Shown one piece after another: positions 39,471 to 52,539 of a stretch of DNA of 64,000 nt. Under the pieces are notes generated by a model. It saw nothing but the letters and a program-made list of their open reading frames with translations. It made no database searches and was not told the DNA's origin. This stretch comes from Octopus sinensis (lineage: Eukaryota). A program made the position numbers and the translations under genes. Within the stretch, counting starts at the first letter, position 1. Each line of letters starts with the position of its first letter. Location of the stretch: positions 127,224,001 to 127,288,000 of the forward strand of contig NC_042999.1 in the NCBI RefSeq assembly GCF_006345805.1. The letters run 5' to 3'.

Positions 39471-41723
39471 TTTGTAGGCTCCAAAAGGCTAGCAGGAATT
39501 TCCTGAAATGTAAACATGGCCTGAAAATATCCACTGTGCATAATTTGCATCATTTTGTACCATTGATGTATATATATAGGCACAAGCATGGGTCTGTAGT
39601 TAAGAAGCTTGCTTCCAATCCATGTGATCTTGGATTTGGTCCCACTGCATGGTACTTGGGTAAGTGCCCGCTACAGGCTGACAAAAACCTAGTGAGTAGA
39701 TTTTGGTAGGTAAAAACTGAAAGAAGCCCATCATGTATATATAACATATTATGTGGGAGTGTGTGTGTATATATATATAAAACATAATATGTGGCTGTAC
39801 TCTTGTCTATATAACACATGATGATTGCAAAATGAGCATCATCATCCTACAAGCAAGGTTCTGTGCTTACAGTCTTCTGTAAGAAGCATGTCTAGTTATG
39901 GGAATATATTACCTTGCTTAGAAATATGTAAGAGTTAATGACAGGAAGGGCATCTGGCTATAGAAAATCCAGCTCAACAAATGCCTTCTGAACCATGCAG
40001 GTATAGAAAAGTGGATGTTAAAACAATGATGATAATAATCACACACACACACACACACACACCACACACACACACACACACACACCACACACACACACAT
40101 ATATATATACATAAATATATATATATATATATATATTTGTATATGTCTATATTTATATACAAAAACAAACATATTTATATATATATATATAATATATATA
40201 TATATATACATACATACAAACATATAATAGAGGGATGACCAGTAAGTGGAAATCCCTTATGCTAGAAGTTGACCCCCTATGGTCTTACCACTAAGAAAGG
40301 AATGTTCTCAAGAAAATTTAGCAAACACCAGAACGTGAGTGAGCAAGACAAATAAAAAGATACAAAATATACAGATTAATCACAACCCAGTTTTGTTGTT
40401 ACCACTTAATCACTTACGTAGATGTCCACAAATCGTAACTGTGATCATCATAGCAAAATATAATTTGCAGAACTATGCACGAGACGTCCGCATGAGATTG
40501 AACATGTATACAGTTCTACCAATTACATTTGGGGTTATATTTCAAAAGTCTTCGTTTTAGTGCGCCAAAATACCAGAAATAATTCTGCAGAAAATAATTC
40601 TCTGCAGTGAATTTTGCTGGTTAGAGAACATAGTTATTTAAATTTAAATTTAAAATAATAAGAGAAATTGAATATTAATTTGATTAATATCAATTTAAAT
40701 ACATATATATATATGCACGCACATAGGCAAATTGAAAATAAAAATAAGCACAAAAACAACAAAAGTCAAAAGGACATATGCAGTGAATGCATTAGCTAGA
40801 TATTCAGTTTAAGATGGGAAAAATAGGAAGTGTGTGACTTTGAGCATGGCTCTTTGTCAGAAAGAGAAAAAGAGGAAAGGTCTGGAGAGAAGGGGAAAAC
40901 AGCCAAAGAAAAGCACATATATATTCACACATGCTTATGAGAGGCTTCTGCATAGATTCCATCTACTTCACCTATTAGGATTATATTGGTCAACCTGTGG
41001 CTGAAGACACCCAAAGTGTGTTGTACCCTGAGATGAAACTCAGAGGCACAAAGAAAAATGTCTTAACCTCTTTGCCATTCATGCACTTCTGTACCTATGT
41101 TTCTCACTCTCTACCTCAAGATTCCCTTCAACTCCTTTTCTTCCCCAATCTCTCTCTCTTTCTCTTCCTCCCTTTTACCTCCCATTCTTCCCTTATTTTC
41201 ACACTATGCCCTCAGATGTACACACACACACACACTCATTTGATTCTATAATATATGATGATTATACCTCTTCATCCACTCATCTCCACACATCTGATTT
41301 TATAATAAATAGTTACACCTCCTTCATTGCTACCTGCACATTGTGCTACCCCCAACCACCACAAAAAAATTAATAAAAAAGATAAATAAATTATTAAGCA
41401 TCAAATAGAAGAATAGGTAACTTGTCACATGATGTCAGTTTTTTATATTTTCTTTGAGGTAAGATTTGAGGCCATAAAAGCTGTAGCTTATATATTATGT
41501 TTTCAAACTTTCTGGTTTTTCCTTTTTTTTTCTTAATATTTTGTTGTTTTTGTAACTGGCTTGTTAGATAGAGTTATACGCTTTAAAACCCAACCAAAAA
41601 CTACCTGAGATAAATAAAACTGATTTTCAACAGTATATTATTCCACAGTGTATTTATTTTCACATTTGCCTTTGATAAAACTGTCAGGTGAAAGTTCTTT
41701 TGTGGTCAGTTACACAACAGAAA

Positions 41724-41780
<57 letters not shown>

Positions 41781-43158
41781 GGTACACTGGTTTCCTTAGT
41801 TTCATGGAATGTGCACGTGATTACTTAGCAACATATAATTGGCAGTATGTGAGTGTTTGGTGGAGGTGGTGGGGGCTAGGGGGTTCAATTAGAATGGTTA
41901 AGGTGAGGAGAGAAAAGACAAGTCTAAAGAAAATAACAACAAAACATGAATGTATAAAAAAAACAAGCTTAAAATCATCAATCAATGATTAGTGTTGTAG
42001 GTTTTTCTCTTTAAGATAGCAAAAGCATTTCCACCACCATCAACGCCACTACCATCTCCACACCAACTGCTACAGCAACCACTAATATCATTACAACCAT
42101 CAGCGCCACCATCTCATTGACTTACCATTGCTACTTTGACCAATGGCATGGCTGGAGTGAGTGCCGCCTTGGGCAGCTCTTGCATTTGCCATCCTTCTAG
42201 GCCTTGAGCTGATATAGATCTTCACAGTGGACCCAAGAGTGCTACCCCCATAAAAGAGTTGTGCAAAATGAACTGTCCCCATGGACTTACAACGGATATG
42301 TGTTACTGATAGGTGTAACAGATGCACTGGTTATTAGTACTGATAGCAGGCTAGTTAAAAATCAGTGTGATATACACCAAAAATGGATTAACAGAGGCAG
42401 AAGTAAATTCTTACAGATTTTATATATCCTTAGGGGCAGTGTAGAGATTCCAAAGTAGTCAGCTATTTTCCATTGGTAAGATGTTAGTAATAACAAAGCT
42501 CTACTCAACTTTTGAGGAAATGTTTATGTCAAATGTAGGGCGATAGAAAGTGATACATAAGGGACATCTAAGAGTGAAAATGAACTGTCCAAAAATATTC
42601 AAAGTGGGGACTGGATCTATACATTTTCAAAAGCTGAAAGCAGGTCAGGTAAACAAAGAAAGTGTAGAAGTTTATCAGTGTTGAACTAAATTTCGCCTAA
42701 GATGTTCAGGGAAAGAATAGGGCTTATCTAAATTGAATGGAGTATGACAGTTGACTCTCATAAATTTCCAAGTACGGGGGGGGGGGATGCCAAGCACAAT
42801 GAAACGTGGCTTACAGAAAAGTCTAGGCTAAGATTTCAATTCTTGGCTAACAATCCAGGAACTGACCATTTGAAGATTCTTAGCTATGCTACTGACTAAA
42901 GAAAAACACAACTAGCACTAATGTTGCCCATGCACACTAATGTTGCCCATGCACAGTAAAGAATGCATGAGCCAAGTTCTGGAGCCATCTTGTGGCCATG
43001 GTAGAAGCTGAGGCTGGCTACTTTGAGTAAACAGTTCTCCCAGCCATAATCTAGTTGATATTTTTCAATTTATAAAACAAAAATTTTCTTTTTGGATGGC
43101 ATATTGTGTTTTCTTCTTTTATGCAAACTGTCAAATTTAGGCTGAACACCCTGTGTGA

Positions 43159-43199
<41 letters not shown>

Positions 43200-43224
43200 T
43201 GATAACACCTAGAAGGTGCTTCTT

Positions 43225-43320
43225 TTCTTTTACTGTCCACTTTGCAAGGCAGTTACCATCTGGACAGTTCTCACAAATTCTACAGTTGCATGAGCTTTGT
43301 TGGCCAGCTGTTTGCATTTC
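43225..43320 (-). pseudogene. PLE ORF fragment (Cys-rich linker preceding the GIY-YIG endonuclease)
   Basis: QQSSCNCRICENCPDGNCLAK fits the CNCRxxxxCPLxGxCL motif found between the RT and GIY-YIG domains in PLEs. Confidence 0.7.
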
Positions 43321-44522
43321 TCTTGTATTTCAGCTTTATGGTATTATAATACCCAAATTGTCTGGCAAAGTCAATAGTATACCGTGCAAAGGTGATCAAT
43401 CTAAGACACATACTGGGGCAATGGAATTCACATTCAAAAATCATTATTACAAGCATAAACATTCATTTATCAGCCCCAACAGAAAATGCATTACATTTTT
43501 GTATAAGTTTATATGTTTCTTGCATGAGACGAATCTTCCCCAATTCAAAATTACATGGTCTGTTTTAGAGAATGCACAACTTTACAGGAATGGGAGCTTC
43601 AAATCAAAGATGTTGTGTAACCTTTGTTGAAGCAAAAAACAGAATTTTTACTCAGAGCACTAACAGTTTGAACAAAAGAAGTGAAACATTAATGCCTTGT
43701 ACGCATGCAGTTAAGTAATCTGTTATGCAGATACAAGTTTTCTTGTTTTGTTCTGATTCAGAAAAAAAACCATCAGTTTTCGAAATGTTTGATTAATAGG
43801 ATTTATTGATATATGATTTAATATGTGTGTGTGCTTGACTGTATGTGAGCTTATGTATATAAGCATATATGTATATGTATACATGTATGTATAAATTGTA
43901 TATATAAATATATAACACTGTGTATATATGTGTATCCATGGCTGTACATATATCCATATGTGTGCATCTGTACAGGCACATGCAACTTGAATACATGCAT
44001 ATATACTTATTGTTTTTAAAAACATTAATTAAAAGTATTACTTAAAAGTATTATTTTGGAGCATTGCTTTAACAGCAACACAATTTAATGACTTTGTATG
44101 TTGTTTATGATGTTTATAACAATATTACTGCAGGAACCAGAGATAAAATAAAAAGCATGAGCTTCAAGCTGCTACTTTCGCACATGTCATTCACAAAGGT
44201 TGAAAGAACATAATGATAAGCATTTCTTCCAAACTTTCATTTCATATTTCAGAAAATATTCAGACGGTGAATATTCAAAAGAAATCCAGGCTTGGTTTAC
44301 CTGCTGATGGTCAAAAAGGAGCAACTCAGAGTACTAGAAATTGAAGCCTTTCAGTTATAATTTATATATATATATATATATATACACATACATATATACA
44401 CACACATACACACATATAGATATATATCAATATGTATATAAATATTATATACAGACACACACGCACATGCACACAGATACAGATATATGTATGTGTGTAT
44501 ATATATATATATACACATATAC

Positions 44523-44601
<79 letters not shown>

Positions 44602-46229
44602 GATAAAAAAAACAAGAAAAAAGGACAGGAAAAAAACACGATGTGGTGCATGCAAAGTATTAATAAGACACTCAGAGAAGGAAATATATGTGTGTGTGTA
44701 TATATATACACACACACACATTCATATACGTGTGTCTGCATATTTATATTTGTATATGTTTGTATGCATATGTATGTGTGTATGTATGTATAGATGGATA
44801 GATGCTTGCATGAACGCATTTGTTTATATAGTTATATTATTTAGAAATATGTTTCAGTGTGTTCTATTCTGTGGTAGAGAGACAGTGTTCTCAGTACTGG
44901 TCAGTTTAAATTTTGTAGTCCATGTTACATAGTGAACTAAGACACATGCGTATTATATATTCAATATGCAATATACATGCAAAAACATATACATAAAATG
45001 TTGATATAAGCATATCTTCTGAGACCATGAGGTTTCAGATTTCATGTAAGTATACACTTATCAGTGAGGCGTAGAAATGTAGCAGGCTGGAAAGATTTTG
45101 TGTGTTTTTAAGAGACTCAATTACTGAATCTCGGGTGTGTCAGATTGAAATTTACTGTACTTCCCTCTTTCTATATTAAAGTGCTCAGCCAGAGTTGTGA
45201 GTGTAATTTATATTCTTATATTCTTATATTCTTTTATTCTTTTTATTTATCTTACTTGTTTGAGTCATTGAACTGCTGTAATGAATGCAAGTACAAATCA
45301 ACCCTCATACTTATTTTTTATGTCTGTTTCTCATTCCATCAGTCTTTTTTACCAAACTACTAAGTTATGGGGATGTAAACAAACAACTATCAGTTTTCAG
45401 GCAGTGGTGAGTCTGGGACAAACACATATGAGATAGAATTCCACACAGGTTTTGTCTACCAAATTTACTCACAGGGCAATGGTTGACCTTGGGCTATAGT
45501 AGAAGACTTACCCATGGTGGTTAAAGGTCGGTATTTTTAAAAGCAACGAGTGCCTGGGCATCTACATTAAGTCCTGGAATGAGATTTTTAGCCCTTGCTC
45601 ACATGAGAGAAGGTATATATATATTATCTTACTTATGTGTACCATCATGACTATAATCACTAGATTCTCCATCTTTGACCCTCCCACCATCACATCCTAA
45701 GAACCCAGTAAAGTGTGTAACCAAAACATACACAAATAAGCATGCACACACATATGCCCCCAAACATGGACTTAAAGGTTTTGGCACCCACCCAACACAC
45801 CCATTCTCAGCCAAAAAACCCCTGCACATTTTCCAACACAACACAAATACCAGCCACTAATCTGAATGCATATATTTTCACCAAACTCTTGCTGCCTTAC
45901 AGCATCTCAAATACTTTGAAGCCAAGGATAAATATTTTACTCATTTTACCTCCCATGACTTCATTTCATCCTTTTCACAGAACCTTGAACAAAATGAAAC
46001 ATTTTTCACCTTCAGCAACAGAGAACCATCACTATTTTTTTTTTTGTTGATTATCTGGGAATTTTAAATTATTCCATGCATTCTTACTGGGAATTTTAAA
46101 TTATTTCATGCATACATAACATATCTTTTATAGTTACATGAAATACATGAATATCAGCCCACACAGATATATAAACCATCGTACAGAAATTCACACAGAA
46201 ATATATAAACACCCACACACACATACACA

Positions 46230-46620
46230 TATGAGGCTGGGCCGAAAAGTTCATTAGCTGACTATGGAGGAGTGATGTTAGAGTTGTGAAATCTTGCATG
46301 CTTTATTTTCAACTCTTCTTATTGATAGCTGCATTGTTTCTTTCTAGGCAAATTGACACCAGACTATTCAAAGAAAATTTTGAAACTAGTAGTGATTTTT
46401 CTTGGAAATGGACAAACTTTGGCACCGTGGTGTTATTAAATAACTGCAGAAAAAGTGTTTAGTCCCCAATGGCATTCATGCTGATATAGTCACTATGTTA
46501 GGGGATAAGACTCCACCTTTGTCAATGGTTCAAAAGTGGGCAGCTGAATTTAAGTGGAGTTGGAAGAGTCTTGAAGACAACCCAAGGTCTGGACATCCTG
46601 CAACTACCACCACCAAAGGA
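46230..46620 (+). mobile_element. mariner 5' fragment
   Basis: TIR-like tatgaggctgggccgaaaagttc. From 46408, MDKLWHRGVIK*L...IHADIVTMLGDKTPPLSMVQKWAAEFK...SLEDNPRSGHP (HTH and EDxPRSGRP motif). Confidence 0.85.
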
Positions 46621-46896
46621 AGCCCATTGTGTGTGTGAGTGCATGGTGACTAACGAAACAAACATTTGAACAAAGAGCAATGAATCAATATCATTGTGTG
46701 TTTTTAAATAGCTTATAAACACATTCCACACTGCAATTGTTTTTGTTTCAGCACACGATCTCAGATCAAGTCACTTGCTATGCAAGTACATCTCCATATA
46801 TATATATATATAAAAACACATATACATACATACATACGTATGTATGTATGTATGTATGTATGTATGTATGTATGTATGTATGTATGTATGTATGTT

Positions 46897-46937
<41 letters not shown>

Positions 46938-48049
46938 ATGTGTGTGTATGTCTGTGTGGCTCTCCTTCTCTTGACATCATGTGATAGTTGTAAATGAGTG
47001 TCACTGTCGCACAAGCCATGTCATTCATTTCCAATATTCTGCGAGAACACATCTTGCTATAGAGAAATATTGCCTTACTTGGAAACAGGTGAAGTTGGCA
47101 ACAGGAAGGGCATCTGATTGTAGAAAATCTGACTCGATAAACTCTGTCTGACAAGGTAGTTGTTATTTGATGATCAACTAATTCTTCTTATGTGTCCACC
47201 ACTGCCACCCTTATAGAAATAATAACAGTTAACTTGAAAAAAATTGAAATGTCAATTCACATGTTTCTTTGATGCAAAAATAGAACTTCTCTTAAATCAA
47301 AATGATATTGACTCATTGCTCTTTGTTCAATGTTTGTTTCTTTATCACTTTTGTTTAAAGCTATTATAATAGTCACCATGCTCTTCTGTATTATTTTATG
47401 CTGTGAGTTAAAATTTGAAACAACAAACAAAAGACAAAACTTAATTCATTAAAAAATATATATACAATCCTTTTAGTTGTTGTTGTCACATGCCAATTTT
47501 TTTTTTTTTAATTATGGTTATGTCACTGGAAAGTGCTGCATTGTCCATATATAGCATGCATGGAGAATTATTGAATCAGAAAGGGAATTTGTAACAATGC
47601 ATGAGGTTAATGTATTTACTGTGGGGTTTGATGTAAAAGGTGAGGTTAGTGTTTAATAAAAATACATGAGATGTGTGAAGAATTTTCTATTGTAACCAAA
47701 ATAGATAAAAATGCATTATGATGATAATATTGAACAATAGTTTTATTCACCTCATCTTCTAGTGTAAAAATCAATGTGTATGTGTGTGTGTGTGTGTGTG
47801 TGTGTCTATATATGTACATATGTATATATGTTTCTGTATATACATACACATACCCCATACACACATACATACATACATACACACATATATACATACATAC
47901 ATACATACATACATACATACATACATACATACATACATACATACATACATGCACAGGCTAAATTTAACAGTTTGCATAAAAGGAAAAGACAACAATATCC
48001 AGCCTCCTAATAGAAGCATTAAAAAAATCAAAAATATCAACTAGATTAT

Positions 48050-48700
48050 GGCTGGTAGATAAAGACATACTCAAAGTAACTAGCCTCAGCTTCCATCATA
48101 GTCTCAAGATGTCTTTGGAACCTGGAACTTGCGTTCTTCACTGAGTCCCTACAAATATTCTCAAATACTTCCTTGATCTTGGTCACCAACTTGGCCTAGG
48201 TGCTACTAGCTCAGTCTTTATCAACTGTGCCCCACACATAGTAATCCATGGGATTACAATCGGGATAATTAGGCAGCCAAATATTAGAGCTGTTGAAGTC
48301 ATAGAACTTCTCTGACAACCACTTCTGATTTTCCAAAGAGCTAAATTCTGCTACCACACATATGGCCATCCAGCAACAACCCTCTTAAGCCAGGGATTGA
48401 CCAGTCTGCAGCAACTTCACATAACCATCTAACTTGAACCTGAGGCCCTGTTCATCAGTTGTTGGATGAATTCTGGCATGCAGATGCAGTCAGAATGGCT
48501 GCTGTCTCTTTTCCTACTGACTAAGGCTTTGTAGTCTCTATTGCAGCTGTCCATATGATGTCCTACAATCTTTATGGTGTTCAGAGAGCATTGAGCAACA
48601 GTCATGATGTCAGCATTTCAATACCCAGCATGAATCCTCATGATACAGGTAACTCTTTTCCAATATTCAGATGGCTTCCAGTCCTCCATGTTAGATAATG
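48050..48700 (-). mobile_element. Tc1/mariner-superfamily transposase relic, maT-like
   Basis: QKWLSEKFYDFNSSNIWLPNYPDCNPMDYYVWG...KLVTKIKEVF...NASSRFQRHLE (WPPNSPDxNPxDYxVWG motif). Confidence 0.75.
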
Positions 48701-48879
48701 TTTTCTCAACAACAACAATAATGTTTATGCTCTCCAACACCAGTGACTGTTCACCAATACATCAAGCTGTTCCTGAAAACAACGACGTAAAAAATCATCA
48801 AATTTAGCCCAAATACCTTGTGTGTGTGTGTGAGTGTGTATGTGTGTGTGAGTGTGTGTGTGTATGTGCGTGTGTGTCT

Positions 48880-49640
48880 GTGTGTGTGGCATAAACTGCA
48901 TTTGGATGGTGCTTTTTACATGCCACTGGTATGGGGAGCTAGTCAGGCGGCTCTGGCAGCAACCCACGCATGAATGAATGGTGCTTATCGCATGGCACTA
49001 GTATAGGTAATGGCCACAACTACAATTTCCATTTGATTGTGTTTTGCTTTGATTTTGATTTATTTGAACCAACAGGTCACCTCAAGCATGGAATGTTGCC
49101 CAACGATTCAAAGGTACTTTTTAAATGGGCTGGTTATGCGATACTGGTATAGGCTATGGCCATGATCTCACTTCCTTTGCTGGGCATTCTCAATCACAAC
49201 ATATCTCCAGAGGGTTTGGTCTTTTGTCATTGCCTCTGTGAGGCCCAATGTTAGAGGATGTTATTCCACAAGTTCTGATCCATGATACTGGCCTTTGCAT
49301 GCTTCAGGCTGAGATACTGCAACTTCACATCTTCCTCAATTTCTTTCACTCATGTCTTTTTTGGTGTGCTGCCCTGGAGAATCCAGTGCATAGGACACTG
49401 CTGCAAAAAAGTGCTCATCCTGCAGACATGGCTAAACCACTGCAGACTGCTCATCTGAACTTGGTCTTCAATTGTTGTTTCTGCTGGCATTGTTCTCAGA
49501 TGTTGTTTGAGATTCGGTCACATAGAGAGATACCCAGGATCTGACAAAGGTACCACAGTTGGAACACCTCGAGCTTGTTCAGGTCTTGTTTGATGATGGT
49601 CCAGGTCTCAGTGTTATAGTGGTATCACATGCCCATTCTA
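48880..49640 (-). mobile_element. RTE-clade LINE 3' fragment
   Basis: YNTETWTIIKQDLNKLEVFQLWYLCQILGISLCDRISN at ~49500-49620, followed by RTE-type UTR modules. Confidence 0.75.
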
Positions 49641-49906
49641 GTATAGTCTCCTCTCTTGCAAACTACATCTAATTCCTCCAATATCCAGTTTTTCTCTCGA
49701 TATATTTGTGCTTCATTGTTCACATACATGCTCAGTAGAGCATGCCAGTTTTCTTTCTTTCTGGTCTTTACAAATCCTCTATACTTATTTCCCATGTTAC
49801 ACTAGTGCATAACATAGCAATTTGCAAGCAAAAATCACAGTCTGCCTTTCTCTCTGCGAGAGAAACCTTTTGTTACCAAGAGAGGAAAAACCACTCTGAG
49901 CCATTT

Positions 49907-50105
49907 CCAGCTTCTTTACTTTCAGAACATCCTCCTCCATTGCTTATTAGATCCTCTAGGTCACAAGAGAAACCTATTACCTCTAGGGAAATATTTTGTT
50001 AGTGATAGAGATAAAAGCTCACTCCAGCTTTTTTACTTTCAGAACATCCTCCTCCATTGCTTATTAGATCCCCTAGGTAACAGGAGAAGCCTATTACCTC
50101 TAGGG
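49907..50105. repeat. ~82-bp direct repeat (49907-49988 and 50024-50105)
   Basis: ccagctt.tttactttcagaacatcctcctccattgcttattagatcc.ctaggt.aca.gagaa.cctattacctctaggg occurs twice. Confidence 0.92.
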
Positions 50106-50397
50106 TTCCTCCTGGACATTTTAGAAAATCTATTTCTCATGTATCCTTAGTGTTTATTGCTCATGCACATATGCAACTTACAAAGGCTGCATTCTCTCTT
50201 AGCTCTCTTGTGAAGCTTCTGCACTCATGTGTGTGCATATTTTGCATTGGATACACTGTATGGAATTTCTACCAACTCCTTTTCTACATATTGAGCAAGG
50301 GCATTTCACTGATAGATGTAGAGTTGTGTTTCAGTACCTCTATATGTATGCATGAGTGTGTGTGTGTGTGTGTGGTGTGTGTGTGTGTGTGTGCATG

Positions 50398-50470
<73 letters not shown>

Positions 50471-51624
50471 ATGTGTATGTGTGCAAGAATGGCTGTGTGG
50501 TAAGAAGCTTGCTTCCCAACCACATGGTTTTCTTTATATAATTAATTATGTGTGTGTAGGGTGAAAACACAGATGTGATATTGCCATACTGTTTGTGGTG
50601 TATGTATTATTTTAGATTGAGAGCATAGAGTGAGATGATTTCAACAACTGCCTCACGGAATATTTGAATGTACAATAACAGATGTATTATGAATCATATT
50701 ATACTTCTTTTTTTACTAGTTTCAGTCAATTAATTGTGACCATGCTGGTGCACTATGTTGAAGGATCTAATTGATCAAATCAAACCCAATATTTACAAGT
50801 GGGTGCTGGAAAGTTCCTGGCTTTCGGTAAAAGGAAGTACAGAAGGATCAGTTAATTATGATTTTATTTACCATATTCCCCTCTCAGATTCACGATTACT
50901 CCATCAATTCAATGCAGGAGGGTTCACTACTTTCAATACACCATGAAGAAAGTTAACTGTCATGGAAGTTTACCAAGAAAATATATCTATTAATAGTTAA
51001 AAACTACTTTATTGAAAAAAAACCCCAGAAAAACTGTGATGTAGAATAAATTAGCCAAACAAATAAATAAGTTAATACGAAGTAATCATATATCGCATTA
51101 CATTATGACCAGAGCATAAATAAATTAACATAATAAAACTTATTACAAAGTCTTCAGACCATACAGAGAAAGAAATAAAAACCTCATCAACAATTAATTG
51201 AAAGTTAATAATTAGAAGAAAAGCTAATTATATAAACCTTACTACTTCTAATAAACATTTGTTTTCTCACGTAGACCACCATTTAAACACATGAACTACG
51301 ATATATAAATTTTTTTTTGAAACTCCTTCAAGTTTCTTTTGTTATCTTATATCTTTTAAACGTTTCAGTCATTAGACTGCGGCCATGCTGGGGCACCACC
51401 GTGAATAGCTTTAGTCAAACAAATTGGTCTTAGTATTTATTTTGTAAGCCTGGTACTTATTTAAATTGTTTCGTTTTGCTAGACTATTAAGTTATGGGGA
51501 ACGTAAACAAACCAGCACTGGTTGTCAAGTGGTGGTGGTGGGGGTACAAATACATACACAAACAGACACACATGTATAAATATATATACATATACCTATA
51601 GCTATCTATCTATCTATCTATCTA

Positions 51625-51671
<47 letters not shown>

Positions 51672-51819
51672 CGATAGGTGAATGAATTATCCCATGTTTA
51701 CCGTCAACATGGAAAGTTCGATGAACCGATACCAGGGTAGCAAATTCACATCAGAAACATGGTTGAAGCGACCTGTCCAAGGGTAGAAACTCCGGGTTCA
51801 TGTGCAGAAATTTGTGTGT

Positions 51820-52268
51820 TATATATGAATAAATAAATAAATGGAGTTGAATGAAGATGTTCACAAAATTCCTTTACTCTCGACATATGTTTCGAAGACA
51901 ACATGGTTATTCCTTTGGAATAAAACCATGTTGTCTTCGAAACATATGTCGAGAGTAAAGGAATTTTGTTAACATATACATAAAATGTTGATATAAGCAT
52001 ATCTTCTCAGACCATGAGGTTTCAGATTTCATGTAAGTATACACTTATCAGTGAGGCGTAGAAATGTAGCAGGCTGGAAAGATTTTGTATGTTTTTAAGA
52101 GACTCAATTACTGAATCTCGGGTGTGTCAGATTGAAATTTACTGTACTTCCCTCTTTCATGGTTATTCCTTTGGAATAAAACCATGTTGTCTTCGAAACA
52201 TATGTCGAGAGTAAAGGAATTTTGTTAACATCTTCGTTCAACTCCATTTATTTATTTATTCATATATA
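51820..52268. mobile_element. PLE-derived fold-back containing a templated insertion
   Basis: Outer arms tatatgaataaataaataaatggagttgaa / ttcaactccatttatttatttattcatata. Palindrome 51857-51975. Hammerhead 3' half GAAA cauau GUC gagag, without CUGANGA. Confidence 0.7.
51971..52158 (+). repeat. 188-bp copy of 44984-45171
   Basis: Aligned by eye: 188 bp with 2 substitutions (ctga/ctca and gtgtg/gtatg). Confidence 0.97.
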
Positions 52269-52539
52269 TATATATATATATATACATATATGCATGTGTG
52301 TGTTTTGGTGTTTATGTTTGTCCCACCACCATCACCACTTGACAACCACTGTTTGTTTGTTTATGTCCTTCATAACTTGATGGTCTGGCAAAAAGAGACA
52401 AATAGAATAAGGACCAGGCTTCAAAAATAAATACTGGAGCCAGTTTACACATATACAAGAGCTTCTTCCAATTTCCATCTACCAAATACACTCACAAGGT
52501 TTTAGTTGGCCTGGGGCTATAGTAGAAGATACTTGCCTA

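Noticed and set aside
42100-42327. ORF MGTVHFAQLFYGG... with two GTAAGTC donor-like sites; a plus-strand CYFDQWHGWSEC resembles a thrombospondin repeat start
   Set aside because: No convincing acceptor or recognisable domain. The TSP-like frame stops after 11 codons and is preceded by an (ACC)-rich low-complexity tract.
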